The notes under the pieces are model-generated. The model had not been told where the DNA came from. It saw nothing but the letters and a program-made list of their open reading frames with translations, and did no database searches. The translations under genes were made by a program, and so were the position numbers. Of a stretch of DNA of 64,000 nucleotides, positions 33,421 through 45,600 are shown piece by piece (within the stretch, counting starts at the first letter, position 1; each line of letters begins with the position of its first letter). The stretch lies in NCBI GenBank assembly GCA_000091205.1, contig AP006495.2; one strand, given 5' to 3'. The DNA comes from Cyanidioschyzon merolae. Lineage: Eukaryota.

Positions 33421-34833
33421 ATGCGAGTCTTGGAGCGATTATTTTGGCGGTCTGAGCGAGCGGGGCGACCGCAGGGTTCGTCCCTGGACCAAGTGCCCGG
33501 AAACGAGTCTCAAGCGTTAGGGGACCTGTCTGGGGAACTGGAACACCCCAGGTCAGGGTTTCGAGACGAGCTCGCGGTTCGAGATTCCACACATGCCCAC
33601 AGCGACAACAGTGGCGGCACCGGCACCGATCGTGCTATACCAGCGTTGTCGAAAAGACTCAGTGGTGGTGGTGCTTCCGGCGAAAGCACCACCATGGTGC
33701 GTGCTTTTCCTGAGCACCAACGTCTGAAAGCATTCCAGGAGCTCGAGTGCCTTGCCTTTGACGAGAAAGGCAACTTTGAGAGGCGAGCGGTCTCCCGACT
33801 GGAGCTCCTTCGAGCAGCGCGCTCTGTCCAGTCTGCCCTGATCGACTATCCGCCGTTGCTCAGCGATTCGGGCGATGACCTCAGCCAGGAACAAATAGCG
33901 AAACTGATGAAACGTCGCCAAAAGCGGATACATGAATATAGACAGAACTTTCTGCAGATTCGGGATCTGCGTCAGATTGATCCGAGTTTCGCCTCGAAGA
34001 CAGCGCTTTGGGTACGTCAGAACGTACTTATTATCAGCTTGTTGCATATTCGGGCACTAATTTTTGCAGATCGTCTTCTGCTTTTCGACCCGGACGCACC
34101 GGAAGTGCAAGAGACCTCGTTGGTGATTCGAGAACGGCTGCGCTCGGTGCCGGTCGATCGTGATGTCTACGCGCCGTTCGAGTTCCGTGCGCTGGAGGCT
34201 TGCTTCATATGCGTTTGTAACGCCCTGGAGCGAGAGCTCGGTGCGTTTGAGCCTTACTTGATGCAGCTTTTGGAAGATCTCTCTCGAGAGTCTACCATGC
34301 AGAAGATTGAATCACTGCGAATGCTCAAACTACGCTTGAACGGATTTCTAGCGAAAGCACAGGATATTCGTCAGACGCTCAAGTCGGTACTGGATGAAGA
34401 TGAAGATATGGCCCGACTCTATTTGACTGAGCTCCGAAAGCAGCATGGCAAACCGCGTACGACTGAGGATCACGAAGCTGCCGAGCAGCTACTCGAGTCG
34501 TATTTGCAGTTGGTGGACCACGTTCACAACCGAGCTGAGCTCCTCGACGCAGCCACAAGCGATACGGAGGATCTCCTGAGTATCCAGTTGGACGCGATGC
34601 GGAATCGACTGCTTGTTCTCGATATGTCGATTAGTGTGGTCACGGGCGCCTTCAGCTGGGCGGATGTCGTCATCGGGCTTTTTCACATGAATTTGCAGCT
34701 TCCAATCTATGGGGAGAACGGCGGTAGTGTCGGCTGGTTTATCGGTGTAGTTTTTGTGATGCTCGCCTGGGCACTCCTGCTTGTGGCCATCATGTTCACT
34801 TGGATTCGACGCTCGGGTCTTTGGCATGCGTAA
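33421..34833 (+). CDS. CorA/MRS2-like Mg2+ transporter family protein with a variant selectivity motif (HMN in place of GMN)
   Basis: A long coiled-coil soluble domain is followed by two C-terminal TM helices that flank 'GLFHMNLQLP' (compare Mrs2 'GIFGMNL'). The HMN tripeptide is encoded at 34684-34692. Confidence 0.55.
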   Translation: MRVLERLFWRSERAGRPQGSSLDQVPGNESQALGDLSGELEHPRSGFRDELAVRDSTHAHSDNSGGTGTDRAIPALSKRLSGGGASGESTTMVRAFPEHQRLKAFQELECLAFDEKGNFERRAVSRLELLRAARSVQSALIDYPPLLSDSGDDLSQEQIAKLMKRRQKRIHEYRQNFLQIRDLRQIDPSFASKTALWVRQNVLIISLLHIRALIFADRLLLFDPDAPEVQETSLVIRERLRSVPVDRDVYAPFEFRALEACFICVCNALERELGAFEPYLMQLLEDLSRESTMQKIESLRMLKLRLNGFLAKAQDIRQTLKSVLDEDEDMARLYLTELRKQHGKPRTTEDHEAAEQLLESYLQLVDHVHNRAELLDAATSDTEDLLSIQLDAMRNRLLVLDMSISVVTGAFSWADVVIGLFHMNLQLPIYGENGGSVGWFIGVVFVMLAWALLLVAIMFTWIRRSGLWHA

Positions 34834-35755
34834 CGTTTGGAGTGTTCGAACAAAACTGCGGATCCTGCACAAGCCGGAACGCTGGCTAGTATGTTGCGTG
34901 AACGCCGCGAGAGAGATGGACGGTATCCGTGCGCTTTGGACCATACGCATGGACATGGGTCAGACTGCTTCGCCCGAGGAACCTTGAAACCGATGAGGCC
35001 TGACCAGCTGCGCATTTCAGCAGCAACTCGGCGAGTCTGTCGAGACACAACAGAGACCAGGTTCGGAGACCGCTTTCGATCTTGAATGGATCATCGTCTT
35101 GGCGATACGCTTTCCACCCAGATGGCGTTGACCAAAGCACTGATAAACCTTTGTCTTTCGAGAGCGAATCACGCGGAACTTTGTTCCTTCATAATATCCC
35201 CCGAATGAGCAAACGTGAATAGGCTTGCAGAGGCTGAGGAGCACTCGTTCATGCACAACATGGATCCGTCAACTGATAGACCGATCTGATCCTTTTGAGG
35301 AAAAACATGTTCAGCGCATGGAAGATATCCGGCGAACGTTTACGGCGGCTATTGCCTGCTTCTATATGATGGTAAGCAGTCAATAGCCGTGAATATATTC
35401 TTCTGACAATCATATGTTTTGTATTGTCTTCTTCATACTACACTGGGCATTGAAACTCACGCCGTGCTTTCCCCGGGCGCTGCTGGAGAGCACTTTCGGA
35501 ATCATGAAGCCGGCTTCGGCCAGCGCACCAGTCTGGGACATAGTGGATGAAGTGGCTTGCTCAGAAACACTCCGTCGTCGTCCTCCATTGCTGGTCACAG
35601 ACGTCGCCAATGAGGAGCAGGTTCTGCAGCGCCGAAACAACGCCCAAAGCGCCGCTCTATTCTAAACACCTCTGCCCTGAGCGAGGCGACAATTGCTTTC
35701 CATAGATGCGAATTATAGATAGAAGTACCGAGTAACGGAATGTTCTTATCCATCG

Positions 35756-36504
35756 AATAGCCAGGAAAAACTGTACATGGTGAATTGGTGTGGTGCTCGG
35801 GTCTTGCAGTATTGCTGAACCGTTCTGTATCAGCGTGTGAGCAGAGGCGGGAATCCGATTCTCCCTCTTGAACAGTGATGTTTCTCCATTGCATATAGAT
35901 TCCGTTTCCAGCACCAGGGCCTCACTGGGTGCCAGAGGATTCCCTCAGAACTTCGCTCGACACCAAGCCGGTGGACGCGATGGCAACAAGCGCCCGTCCC
36001 GGATGTTCAGCGAGGCGATCATTCGTAGGTGCAGAGTGTCCTTGAGCGCATTCTTGCCGGGGGAATCATGCTACAGCATGCCTCCGATCTTCGATAGCTC
36101 CGCAATCTGAAATTTGATCAGCTTGCTGTTCGCCATCTCGTGAATCTGGCTCTGTCTCATGCTCTTCTTCTGTATTCGTTTCACTGTGCACCGGTACTGG
36201 CGATGCACGTACATCGTCCTGAACGCATCTATGGGAATCGTGCAGCATCGATTCGTGCACTTGCTTGGTGCTGTCGCTGAGGGCACAGGATTAGACTCTT
36301 GGGGTGGTACACAGCCCCCGTAGACATAGGCTACCACAACGCGACGAGAGTAATCGGTCATTTCCTTGCTGGGAGCCCCCAGAGGGCTTTGGTGAATGCA
36401 CGCATCTTGCCTCTGTAGAACCGGAGCCCGTCGGGGGCGTCAGTGCAGTCGCATGTGCTGCTCATACAGGTCCTTCGCATGAGCCATGTGGACGCCTTCG
36501 TACT
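35756..36504. repeat. Dispersed repeat, copy A (about 749 bp); direct repeat of 50031..50779 at roughly 98.5% identity
   Basis: Aligning the two copies base by base starts at 'aatagccaggaaaaactgtacatggtgaatt' and ends at 'gccatgtggacgccttcgtact'. There are about 11 mismatches. The flanking sequences are unrelated and I see no target-site duplication. Confidence 0.9.
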
Positions 36505-38309
36505 TTCTCTACGTGAAGCATACAAAGCTCCTGCCTCTGATCGAGACGGTGCTCAGAGGGCCATGATGGATCCTGGCACCCCCATTCGTGTCCTTGACAT
36601 GTCCCGTTGCCTGCATTATGCTCGACTGCCGATAATAAGGAGCTCTGAAAAAGTTGAGCAGCTTCATCTACTTTTCGTTCAGGTCCTCGGCTGCGTTCTC
36701 TTGATCTAGAGCCCAGTGACCTCCATGATATTCTTAAACATGGGATGCACGCACAGAAGAAAGGTTTTCTCTTTTTCTTTTCTGAACGCTTGAAACGGAG
36801 TCCCGTTGCCTGACGAAGGCCTGGATTCTACCACGTGCATATAGACTACAACGCCGTTGATCTCTCTCGTGTTCAGGAAGATTTTCCGTTCCATCCCGTT
36901 GAGCGAGCAACCCTGAATGAGCTCTGCCAATGCCGCATGCAAACTTGTCTGAATCTTTCATTTTTGCTCGCATAGACCAGCTCTCTCGTCGCCTTGTCCT
37001 TTACATGGCCGGATTGTATGCATCTGGTGACCAGATCCTCTATTTGTTTGTTTTCCTTGGAACCCAGGCACTTTGGGAGAACAGTGGTTATGAATCTGAC
37101 CTCATCTATGAGTGGATCTACTCATCCTCGAGCACCTTTTTGTCTACACCAACGCGAGCACGCCCGCAGACCGAGACGCACCTTTCCGCCTCCTGGACTG
37201 CGCGAGCTGACGGGCATCAGAGCAGCTCAGGCTTCGTGAATGCCGAACAGGATTCGTCGAAGACCGGTGTCGCGGACTCGAACAACTCTTCTATTGATCC
37301 GGGGATGTTAGAATGGCGTTCCACATCAGAGGAAGCGATGTCCTCTTGATTGAACCAAGGGGAGCGTGCTTGCACGAACTGCAGCTCAATTAGAATCTAA
37401 GCTGTGTACTCTTTGATCGCTTTTGAGCGGTCGAAAGTAACGTTGTGTTAGAGCAGGGCAGAGCGATATAGAGAGGCATAGGTATGAAACGTGCTCTGAG
37501 AAAGGATGAGGTATGGATCGGTTCCATCCGATTGGCGATTTGTAGGCGATACACGACTGCATTGTCGCTGGGGCTGAAGCTGTCGTCATGCTCGCTTGTC
37601 GCTTCTTAACGATAAGCGGGTTTTCCTTCCCGGAGTACCCAGGTACAGGTCTAGCATTCCTCTCGCGAAAGAAGTCTCATCGCGTGAGAGGAGCATTCGT
37701 CGCTCCTGTAATACGCATTGATGATCCAATACGAAATTGATCACGTGCTGCGCAGGGCACGACAAACTCCCACAGAAGCGCACTTTCATCTCCGTCCATC
37801 TGTTCGTCTTCATCACCAGTCGAATCAAATGTGCGGAAAACTTCACATACCATGGCTTCTCTAATTGTATTGCTTAGAGAATGTATGGAATACAATGGGT
37901 TGACGAGTAGACATTCGCGCGGATAGATTTCATCAATTTCTGTTTCGGGTGCATAACGTTCAGACCGAGGACTACGACAAATGCGGTTCATCCACTTGCT
38001 AACCGTCAACTAACTGACTTGTGCAAAGTAGGCCTATTTTTCCGGCTAGCAATGACAGCACAAGTCTTTCGATGACCTTGCCCCAATGCATCGTATGCAT
38101 TTCTTGTGCTGACTACCTCTGAGAAAACCGAACAGAAACAAAAACGGTGTGCTGTTGCAGGTATCCCTGAATGCACTGCGCTGTGGCTCAGGAGAGGCGG
38201 CGCATGAACGCCAACGCGTAGCAGCGATACGATCCCTTCGAAACCGGAGAGCGTCAAAACGCTTTCGTACTCATTTTTTTCGAGGCACTCTCGTCGGCTT
38301 TCTCCCAGC

Positions 38310-41300
38310 ATGACCGCCTGGAAGCAGCTTGCTGCAGTAGATGTTGGTACGGTACGTCAGAAAGTCACCGTGGAAAAGCATCGCTCCACAACAAGCGGCA
38401 TCACCGTGTACCTGGCTCAGGTGCCGGGGCCACTCGTATGCGGAACGCTCGTTTTCGCCACCGAAGCACACAGCGATGCCGGCGAACCGCACTGCTTGGA
38501 GCACCTTGTCTTTATGGGAAGTGAGTCATATCCTTACAAAGGCGTGTTAGATCTCGTTGCAAATCGCTCGCTCGCCCAGGGAACGAACGCCTGGACGGAG
38601 ACCGATCATACGGCGTTCACCGTGGAGACAGTTGGGGCTCGTGCCTTCCTCCACGTCCTACCTGTGTACCTGGATCACCTGTTTTTTCCTCTACTTCGAG
38701 AGTCCGCGTTTCGGACAGAGGTCTACCACGTGGTTGGCGAAACTTGTGCGGACGCCGGTGTGGTCTACTCCGAAATGGAAGCCCGTGAAAACACTGCAGA
38801 GTCGAAAGGCCTCTTGCGCTGCCTCCGCAGCCTCTACGGCGAGCCTGCTCGTTGCGGATACGCTGCTGAAACAGGAGGCATCCTGGACGAAATACGCCAG
38901 CTTACCAATGAGCGCGTCCGAGCCTACCATCAACAGTTCTATCGTCCGGATAATTTCGCTTTATTCGTATCTGGCGTGGTGGACCGCGATCTCCTCTTCG
39001 CTACGCTATCAAGATTCGAGCAAAGGCTCGTCAGCGTATTCACAGCGACGCATAGACGACCGTGGTCGGAAAGGGTGCCGCCAGCGCCCCGCTTTGGCCT
39101 CGTGCGGGAGCGGGTGCTCTTTCCTGCCGAACGAGCTGACTGTCCAGACGAGGCCACCGATGACACCGGTATCGTCTTTATCGGATGGAGAGGTCCGCCC
39201 ATCCATGACCTGGTCATGCGTACCGCGATCGAGGTCATGAACGACTACTTGAGCGAGTCGGGGAACGCACCGCTTCAGGAAGCATTGGTGGAGTGCAGCG
39301 ATGCCTTCTGTAACGATGTTTCCTTCATGCAGATGGATTTTCGGATCACTGCCAACATCCTTCAGGTGGAAAACGTTCCAATGCATCGATTGGATGATGT
39401 CTTTGATCGTGTTATGGGGATTCTGGAGGTCACCCACGAGCAGGGCATCGATGTGAACGGACGTTTGCGTACCATCATCGAGCGCCGGCGCCGGCAGTTC
39501 TTTGCCGCCCTGGAGGACGGAGCGAACGATGCGATCCTATCATTGCTTATCCCGGAGTTTTTATACAACGATCAGGATGATCAGGGGTATTTTCGACAGG
39601 CACTCGACATGCCAGGGGTGCTGGCGCACTTGGCTGCTCTCGATGAGTCATTTTGGCGAGAGCACATCCTGCGGCGTTGGTACCTACCTGGGGATGGGGA
39701 TCACGGGGCCTCGCTGGTCAGCTGCATTGTCTGCCAACCAAGCAAAGATGAGGCAAATCGTTTGCGCACAGAGGCTGCACTACGTATCCAAGAGCGTCTG
39801 GAACGCTTGAGTGCTGCCGAGCGCGTCGCCCTGGGTCAGCGGCTGCAAGAGTCCGTGGCGGAGCACCAGGTGTCTATCCCGGAGAGCTTAGTCCCGGTGT
39901 GCTCTGGGTTGCTTGACCCTGCGAGCATCTCTCGTTTTCGGGTGGAAACGATTCGTATCGATGATGTGGGCAGCGGCGTGCGACTGCAAATTGACGACGT
40001 CGATTCCGAGTTTGTGCGGTTAACAGCGCTGTTGGATACTCGGGGCCTGAGCGGGCGTCAGCGGCTTCTCTTGCCACTGTTTTTGGAGACGCTCTTTAAC
40101 ACTCGCGTCGGAGAGCGCGATCATCGTGCGGTACGGGATGCGCTGTTGGCGGATACCGTGGATTACGGGTGCGCAATAGGACTCTCGAAAGAAGGTGGCG
40201 ACGCTGGTGCTGGCTTCGCCATTGGTGCGTTCTCCCAGCTGATTTCCGTAACCATCAAATCGGAACGAGCGCTCTACGAAACCTGTGTGCACTGGCTCTA
40301 CGATATTCTGTATCGCTCTCAACTGGAAACCAATCGAGTGCGTATCGCTGCACAGAAACTATTGAACGACGTAGCGCAGCACCGTCGTGACGGCTCCGCA
40401 CTCGTGGCATGGCTCTCGAACGAGGTCCTCTACGGGGCGAACGACGAGGCCAATATTCCAGCGATGGCACCCTTTCGCCAGCGCCACTTGTTGCGACAGG
40501 TTTTGAAGCTGCTGGGTGAAAATCGCAACGATCGTGATGAGGATGAACACGACGACGACGATGAACACGACGGCGATATGAAGTACGACGACTGCGGCGA
40601 AGCGCACAGCTTTGACGCTCCCGAACGCGTCATTCCGTCTACGCTGCACCACCGGGCAGATGAAATGCCGTCGAGAGTCTGGACGGCGAACGCGCTCGCC
40701 ACGGATGCTTCTGCTTCTCCGGACTGGTCAAGGACGACGGGCACAAGCCAGCGATATTCGATGACAGCGCTGCTTGATGAGCTGGAGGCGCTGCGAAGAA
40801 GCCTCACAAGTCCCGGCAAGGTGTTCTTGCATGCCGTTTTACATTGCGATGAGCGTTTAGATGCCCTGTTAGAGCCGTGGAAGCAGACGTTTGGTGTTAT
40901 CAGCGGGATGCTCCCGAACGGCAACGGCCCGCTACCAGCTCATCCACAACTCGTTCAGTTTTCGCACGAGGTGCGCCCCAGTGCATCAGTGCCGCGCCGC
41001 TGCATCGTCGCCGGTGTCGACGGTGTCGATTCGTGTTACGCAAAACTCATCTCCGATGGACCGAAGAGCTTTCTGGACCCGGATTATCCGCTCTATTTGG
41101 TTTTGTTTGAACTGCTCGATGCACTCGAGGGACCGCTCTGGCGTGATATCCGGGGCGCTGGCCTCGCCTACGGATACAATCTCGGGTGTACGCCCGAGTC
41201 GGGGACGGTGTCTCTGAGCTTGTACCGCTCGACTGCTTTCGAGGGCGCCTTGTCTGCGGCGTTGGGCGTATTAGAGCGGTTTCATCAGCAACCTCAGGAG

Positions 41301-41657
41301 CTAATCGATGAAAACACCGTTGCATCGGCGTGCTCAGGCGTCTTGTGCACGCTGCTGAACCAGGAGAGCACAGTCGAGGCTGCGGCTTTCCAGCGACTAT
41401 GCAACAGTTGTCGCGGTTTCGAAGGTGACTATACCGGCGAGCTTCTGGCCAAGGTTATTAACGTGACGCCCGCGAAGCTTACCGAGTTTGCAACTCGGGT
41501 CTTGGCGGCTTTTCGCCTCGAGCATTGCCTTGTGACGGTTGTAACGAATCCCGCCAAGGCTCCTGCTGCCATGGAGGTGCTCCAGTCCAGAGGTGCGTTG
41601 CGCACTACCTGCGTCGATTCACTGGATGATTTTTTTGCATTGGAGAAAACAGTGTAA
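38310..41657 (+). CDS. M16 (pitrilysin/insulinase) family zinc metallopeptidase, 1115 aa
   Basis: 'HCLEHLVFMGSESYPYKG' is the inverted HxxEH zinc-binding motif of M16 peptidases. The size and an acidic low-complexity insert ('DEDEHDDDDEHDGD') fit the long eukaryotic M16C-type enzymes. Confidence 0.8.
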   Translation: MTAWKQLAAVDVGTVRQKVTVEKHRSTTSGITVYLAQVPGPLVCGTLVFATEAHSDAGEPHCLEHLVFMGSESYPYKGVLDLVANRSLAQGTNAWTETDHTAFTVETVGARAFLHVLPVYLDHLFFPLLRESAFRTEVYHVVGETCADAGVVYSEMEARENTAESKGLLRCLRSLYGEPARCGYAAETGGILDEIRQLTNERVRAYHQQFYRPDNFALFVSGVVDRDLLFATLSRFEQRLVSVFTATHRRPWSERVPPAPRFGLVRERVLFPAERADCPDEATDDTGIVFIGWRGPPIHDLVMRTAIEVMNDYLSESGNAPLQEALVECSDAFCNDVSFMQMDFRITANILQVENVPMHRLDDVFDRVMGILEVTHEQGIDVNGRLRTIIERRRRQFFAALEDGANDAILSLLIPEFLYNDQDDQGYFRQALDMPGVLAHLAALDESFWREHILRRWYLPGDGDHGASLVSCIVCQPSKDEANRLRTEAALRIQERLERLSAAERVALGQRLQESVAEHQVSIPESLVPVCSGLLDPASISRFRVETIRIDDVGSGVRLQIDDVDSEFVRLTALLDTRGLSGRQRLLLPLFLETLFNTRVGERDHRAVRDALLADTVDYGCAIGLSKEGGDAGAGFAIGAFSQLISVTIKSERALYETCVHWLYDILYRSQLETNRVRIAAQKLLNDVAQHRRDGSALVAWLSNEVLYGANDEANIPAMAPFRQRHLLRQVLKLLGENRNDRDEDEHDDDDEHDGDMKYDDCGEAHSFDAPERVIPSTLHHRADEMPSRVWTANALATDASASPDWSRTTGTSQRYSMTALLDELEALRRSLTSPGKVFLHAVLHCDERLDALLEPWKQTFGVISGMLPNGNGPLPAHPQLVQFSHEVRPSASVPRRCIVAGVDGVDSCYAKLISDGPKSFLDPDYPLYLVLFELLDALEGPLWRDIRGAGLAYGYNLGCTPESGTVSLSLYRSTAFEGALSAALGVLERFHQQPQELIDENTVASACSGVLCTLLNQESTVEAAAFQRLCNSCRGFEGDYTGELLAKVINVTPAKLTEFATRVLAAFRLEHCLVTVVTNPAKAPAAMEVLQSRGALRTTCVDSLDDFFALEKTV

Positions 41658-41963
41658 ACTTGCGGTCGAAGTGCTGATACGAAAGAAACGCGCTTCTCTT
41701 CAAGGCGCGGTGGTCTACAGCACGCGCCATGCGAATGGCACCTGCAAGACCCAAGTACACCTGCGATGCGACTTTGGTGCAATTAGCCGGAACGTTTGTC
41801 GCGAAAGCACTCCTGCTACTGCTCCTGGCTCTCTGCTTCCGCCAGCAATGTCCGTGTGTCGTGCGTCTTTCTCAAACGTTGCGGAGGCATCTAATGAACA
41901 GCCCTGTCTCGCGTGTATGGCCACCTTCACATCTGTGCGGAGCGCATTCCGTCGACAACGATT

Positions 41964-42635
41964 TCACGGCTGCAAACGCGTCATGCGCCATTGCATATCA
42001 TGGTCACTCGATTTCGAGTCCCTTTCGAAAAGCAGTCGATCGTGCAAACGGTTCGCGCGACCTTTCCAGAACTCCAAACGCAAAGCGTGAAGCCGATACC
42101 CGCCCCAATGTGGCGGTCGCGGTACTTCTCCATTCGCAAAGCGCTCCTCTACTTGGGCTGCTTGTCGCTCCAACGCTTCACGACTCGTAATTGGCCGAGA
42201 CTGCGCCGAGGCCCATGCACCCAGTCGCGAACCCAGAGGTCTCGATGCGAAATACGCATCCGAATCGGCAGTGGAGAGTCTCTCTACACTGCCTTCGACT
42301 CGGACGGAACGCTCTAGCTCCGGCCACCAGAATACGAGCGCTGCGCGAGGATTCCGGTCGAGTTCTTGCGCTTTCCTAGACTCGTAATTCGTATACCATG
42401 TGAACGTGGCTCTCTCGAGGTCGAGACCCTTGAGCAGAACCATTCGTGCAGCTGGAACCCCGTCAGGAGTCGCCGTTGCTAGCGTCATCGCGTTCGGCTC
42501 ATAACTCTTAACCCGAATCGCTTCATCAAACCACTTTTGGAACAGATGCATCGGCGAGCCTGCTGCACGAGCCTCCTCTTCGGTAAGCGGTGTATTCGAG
42601 TACTGTACTCGCAGTTTCGCGACCTCGTCGGTCAT
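41964..42635 (-). CDS. PNPO: Pyridoxamine 5'-phosphate oxidase
   Basis: The FMN-binding split-barrel region ('RMVLLKGLD...FTWYTNYESRKAQEL') and the C-terminal 'HWGGYRLHALRLEFWKGRANRLHDRLLFER' match PdxH/PNPO. The start was set at an internal ATG (42635); the upstream in-frame extension may instead be a targeting peptide. Confidence 0.8.
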   Translation of the reverse strand: MTDEVAKLRVQYSNTPLTEEEARAAGSPMHLFQKWFDEAIRVKSYEPNAMTLATATPDGVPAARMVLLKGLDLERATFTWYTNYESRKAQELDRNPRAALVFWWPELERSVRVEGSVERLSTADSDAYFASRPLGSRLGAWASAQSRPITSREALERQAAQVEERFANGEVPRPPHWGGYRLHALRLEFWKGRANRLHDRLLFERDSKSSDHDMQWRMTRLQP

Positions 42636-45600
42636 GGTAGCTCTCCAGCGCAAACTATGTGCCGTCCAACGAGCCAGGCGGGTACGCGTTTGTACTGTGT
42701 TGACGCACCTGCAAAACATCAAGCCTACGCCGCGCCTGAGTGCCTCCTGCAGCACTGGAGCGCCCTCTCTACAACGTGGCGTTTGACCACAGCGACGCCG
42801 CCCAGAGTCAGCGGAACGCACGTACGCCTCCTTCGTTGCTCGCTACGTGAAGAACCTGTGGCACCTCGAAGGGTACTGGAAACCGTCCTTCGACGAGTAC
42901 CTGGTTAGCAAGTTCTTGGCCTGCACATAAATCCCGTGTTTCCCACGGGTTGCTCTAGCGACTCGCAACGTGAAACTGTGACACTGATGCTGCAAATGCG
43001 TGTGCGGATCACGCACGCTGTCCCAAGTGCACGCATGCGCGTGCTGGACACGTGTGCATGATCGCCGCGTTGCACCTGCTTTTCTTCTCGATCTATCTAC
43101 CCATTTCGGTATAAAGTGCAAGGGCTCCACTTTGATGATGCAGAGGTGCACGTTTCAAGTTTAGGGATGTTCCTGTTGTGACTAACGCAGGCCTTTGTTG
43201 GCTTCTTCTTTGACAGTTTTCTTTTCAGTTTTTGCATCTCGGGCTTTGAATACACCGATCCCTCCTGTCTCCTTGTTACGGTTTCAGAAGTCGAAGGATG
43301 TTGATGGGAGCCTAAAAATGCTGTCCTCACAACTGCCGGCTATTGTTCAAGAATTCCGTGCACATGCAAACAATGCAACAGACGCTTCTCTTGCTTATAT
43401 CATCTTCTTCGTATGCGGCATCGGTGCGCACTTCGTAACGGTAACACTTGACTGTGGTCAGGTTCTCTCATGTATCCACCACATTCCGCCTTCGAGCTCA
43501 GCCCTGTGCCCCTTCAGCGCTTGATTCATCGCTCAGTATACGCCCTTAACTGATGCAGTAGGCTTGACTTGATGCCGTTCTCCGTTTCCGTATACGTCGC
43601 CGTACGCCGCGATCACGGGCTTCCTCTGAGCGATGCGACCGACGAGGACGCTGTGGGCTGAACACGCTAGCGCAAGTCGTCCCAGTCCATACAGGATTCG
43701 AGGAGTGCAATGTTTTCCGTGATGAAATGAGAATGGAAGGGAAAATCGAGGCTATTGCAAAGGTCGAGAAATCTCGATCCACGAACGCTCCGATCGTGGA
43801 AAGCGGTGGCGCACGCTCCGCTAGCGGCGATCGCTCTAATGACTGACGTCTGAACCCGAGACCCTTTTCTGCGCAAGCAGCAGAGACAGGAGCCTCTACC
43901 AGCATATCTTGTGAGAGGCATGGTGCTGCTGGTGTGGAATGCAGGGTCATCGATTGGGACAATGAGAGGAGAGTTTTTTTCTTTCGAGCAGGATCGATCA
44001 CTGGACGTGACAAGTTCAGGGAGCGTTCGGCACTAGCCTATGCGCAAGTCGTCAAGCGACGACGGAGAGTACTTTTCATCGTCTAGCCAGCCGGCGAATT
44101 CCTGCGTCCACTATTTTCCTTTAAACGGAATGTAGAAACCTTGAGGAACGCATGATTTGCGCATGATACTTGTGAGGAAAGGAACGGACTGGAGGCTAGT
44201 GCGAACGAATTGTATCATAATTTTATTTATTATACGAACTCTTGCTTGAGTGCATCGCGAATGATCCTGAATCCGGTGATATAAAGAGTTCTTTCAGCAT
44301 AGCGTTGAGAAAGCCACATCGAATACCTGGCTGCGAATCCTAAAACCATGTATGCATGAACGATGCTCGTTGCTACACTTCGACAGCTGAGGCCAGGCAT
44401 CTAAGAAAGGATCGGAAGAAATTCCAAGGCAGGAACACGGCAAGCAGTACGACGTCCCGTGTTAATCGGACAGGCGTATAGGCTCGATGCATTTCAGCGG
44501 ATATTCACCAGCGATAGGACTACTGCAGATAACCAGCGAAGAAACGCCACTGTTCCACAAGATTCATGTATGGTGTAGGATCAACGCTCCTTATGAAATG
44601 TCCTCCCGCGGTGCAACTGCTGATGATCACCAGAGAAGAACGCTCTCCGTAACTCCACGGAAACTTCCAAGCATCAGCAAGAGCCGTTCAGTGTTTGCGG
44701 CAGGTTCAAGACTTTGCTCGAGCAACTTGTCGGGTGCCGAGCCCAGCCTGCTGTCCGTACAGACATAGGACGGGATTGTGGTCCCTCTGCTATGATCGCC
44801 TTAACAACTGCCTCTCATCGTTCCGAATAAAAGGCACCTAGATCCGCAGATAGAAACTTGTATTTACGCTTGTTTCGCCCAATCTAGACGTTGCAACCGA
44901 CTGCACCAAGCTCTTCGTCTTGAAATCCCTCGAGCCGTCCATTTCATTATCGCATGATTCATTAGTGCGCAACTCGTCGCTTAGAGCATGCCGTGTGTAC
45001 CAGACGATCCATTCGCCGAAAATCGAGCGCCAAACCAAGCATTTACCGCTGACAACGACTCGCTCCATACACGCCGACGAGCCGTGCTGCACAGCTGTTG
45101 GTAGTGACCCGTCCAGCAAGATAACCACTCGGACGAAGGTTATCAGGACGACGATCTATATGGTCATTCGTCCCCGACCTGAAAAACACCGAGACATGTG
45201 CACCACCATGCGCTATCGAAGCACCGAAATAAAACAAGTTTCCTCTCCAGTGAGGACGCCTACCGCGAGCTCATAATCTCGACCACCGCCATCAGAACTT
45301 GCATGACCACGCCCTTCATCCTGAGGCATACCGCCCAGGGAATCCTTATGGTCTCGCTGACGCGAACACGCCAGCGTCGGTGCCACAGGACTGCACGCGA
45401 AACGGAACGAAGCGGACACGTGGTTGCTAGTCCCACGGCGCCAACGTACCCTTCAAATCACTTGGCTATCACTTCCTGCCGGATGTGTCCATGTCCTCCG
45501 TCTCTACCGCAACAGGTGCGCCAGTGTTGTGCTTGTCATGCATATTCATATCCAAGTACGCGCGCATGTCCTCGATCGAGTCGCGACCTGGAGCACCAGC

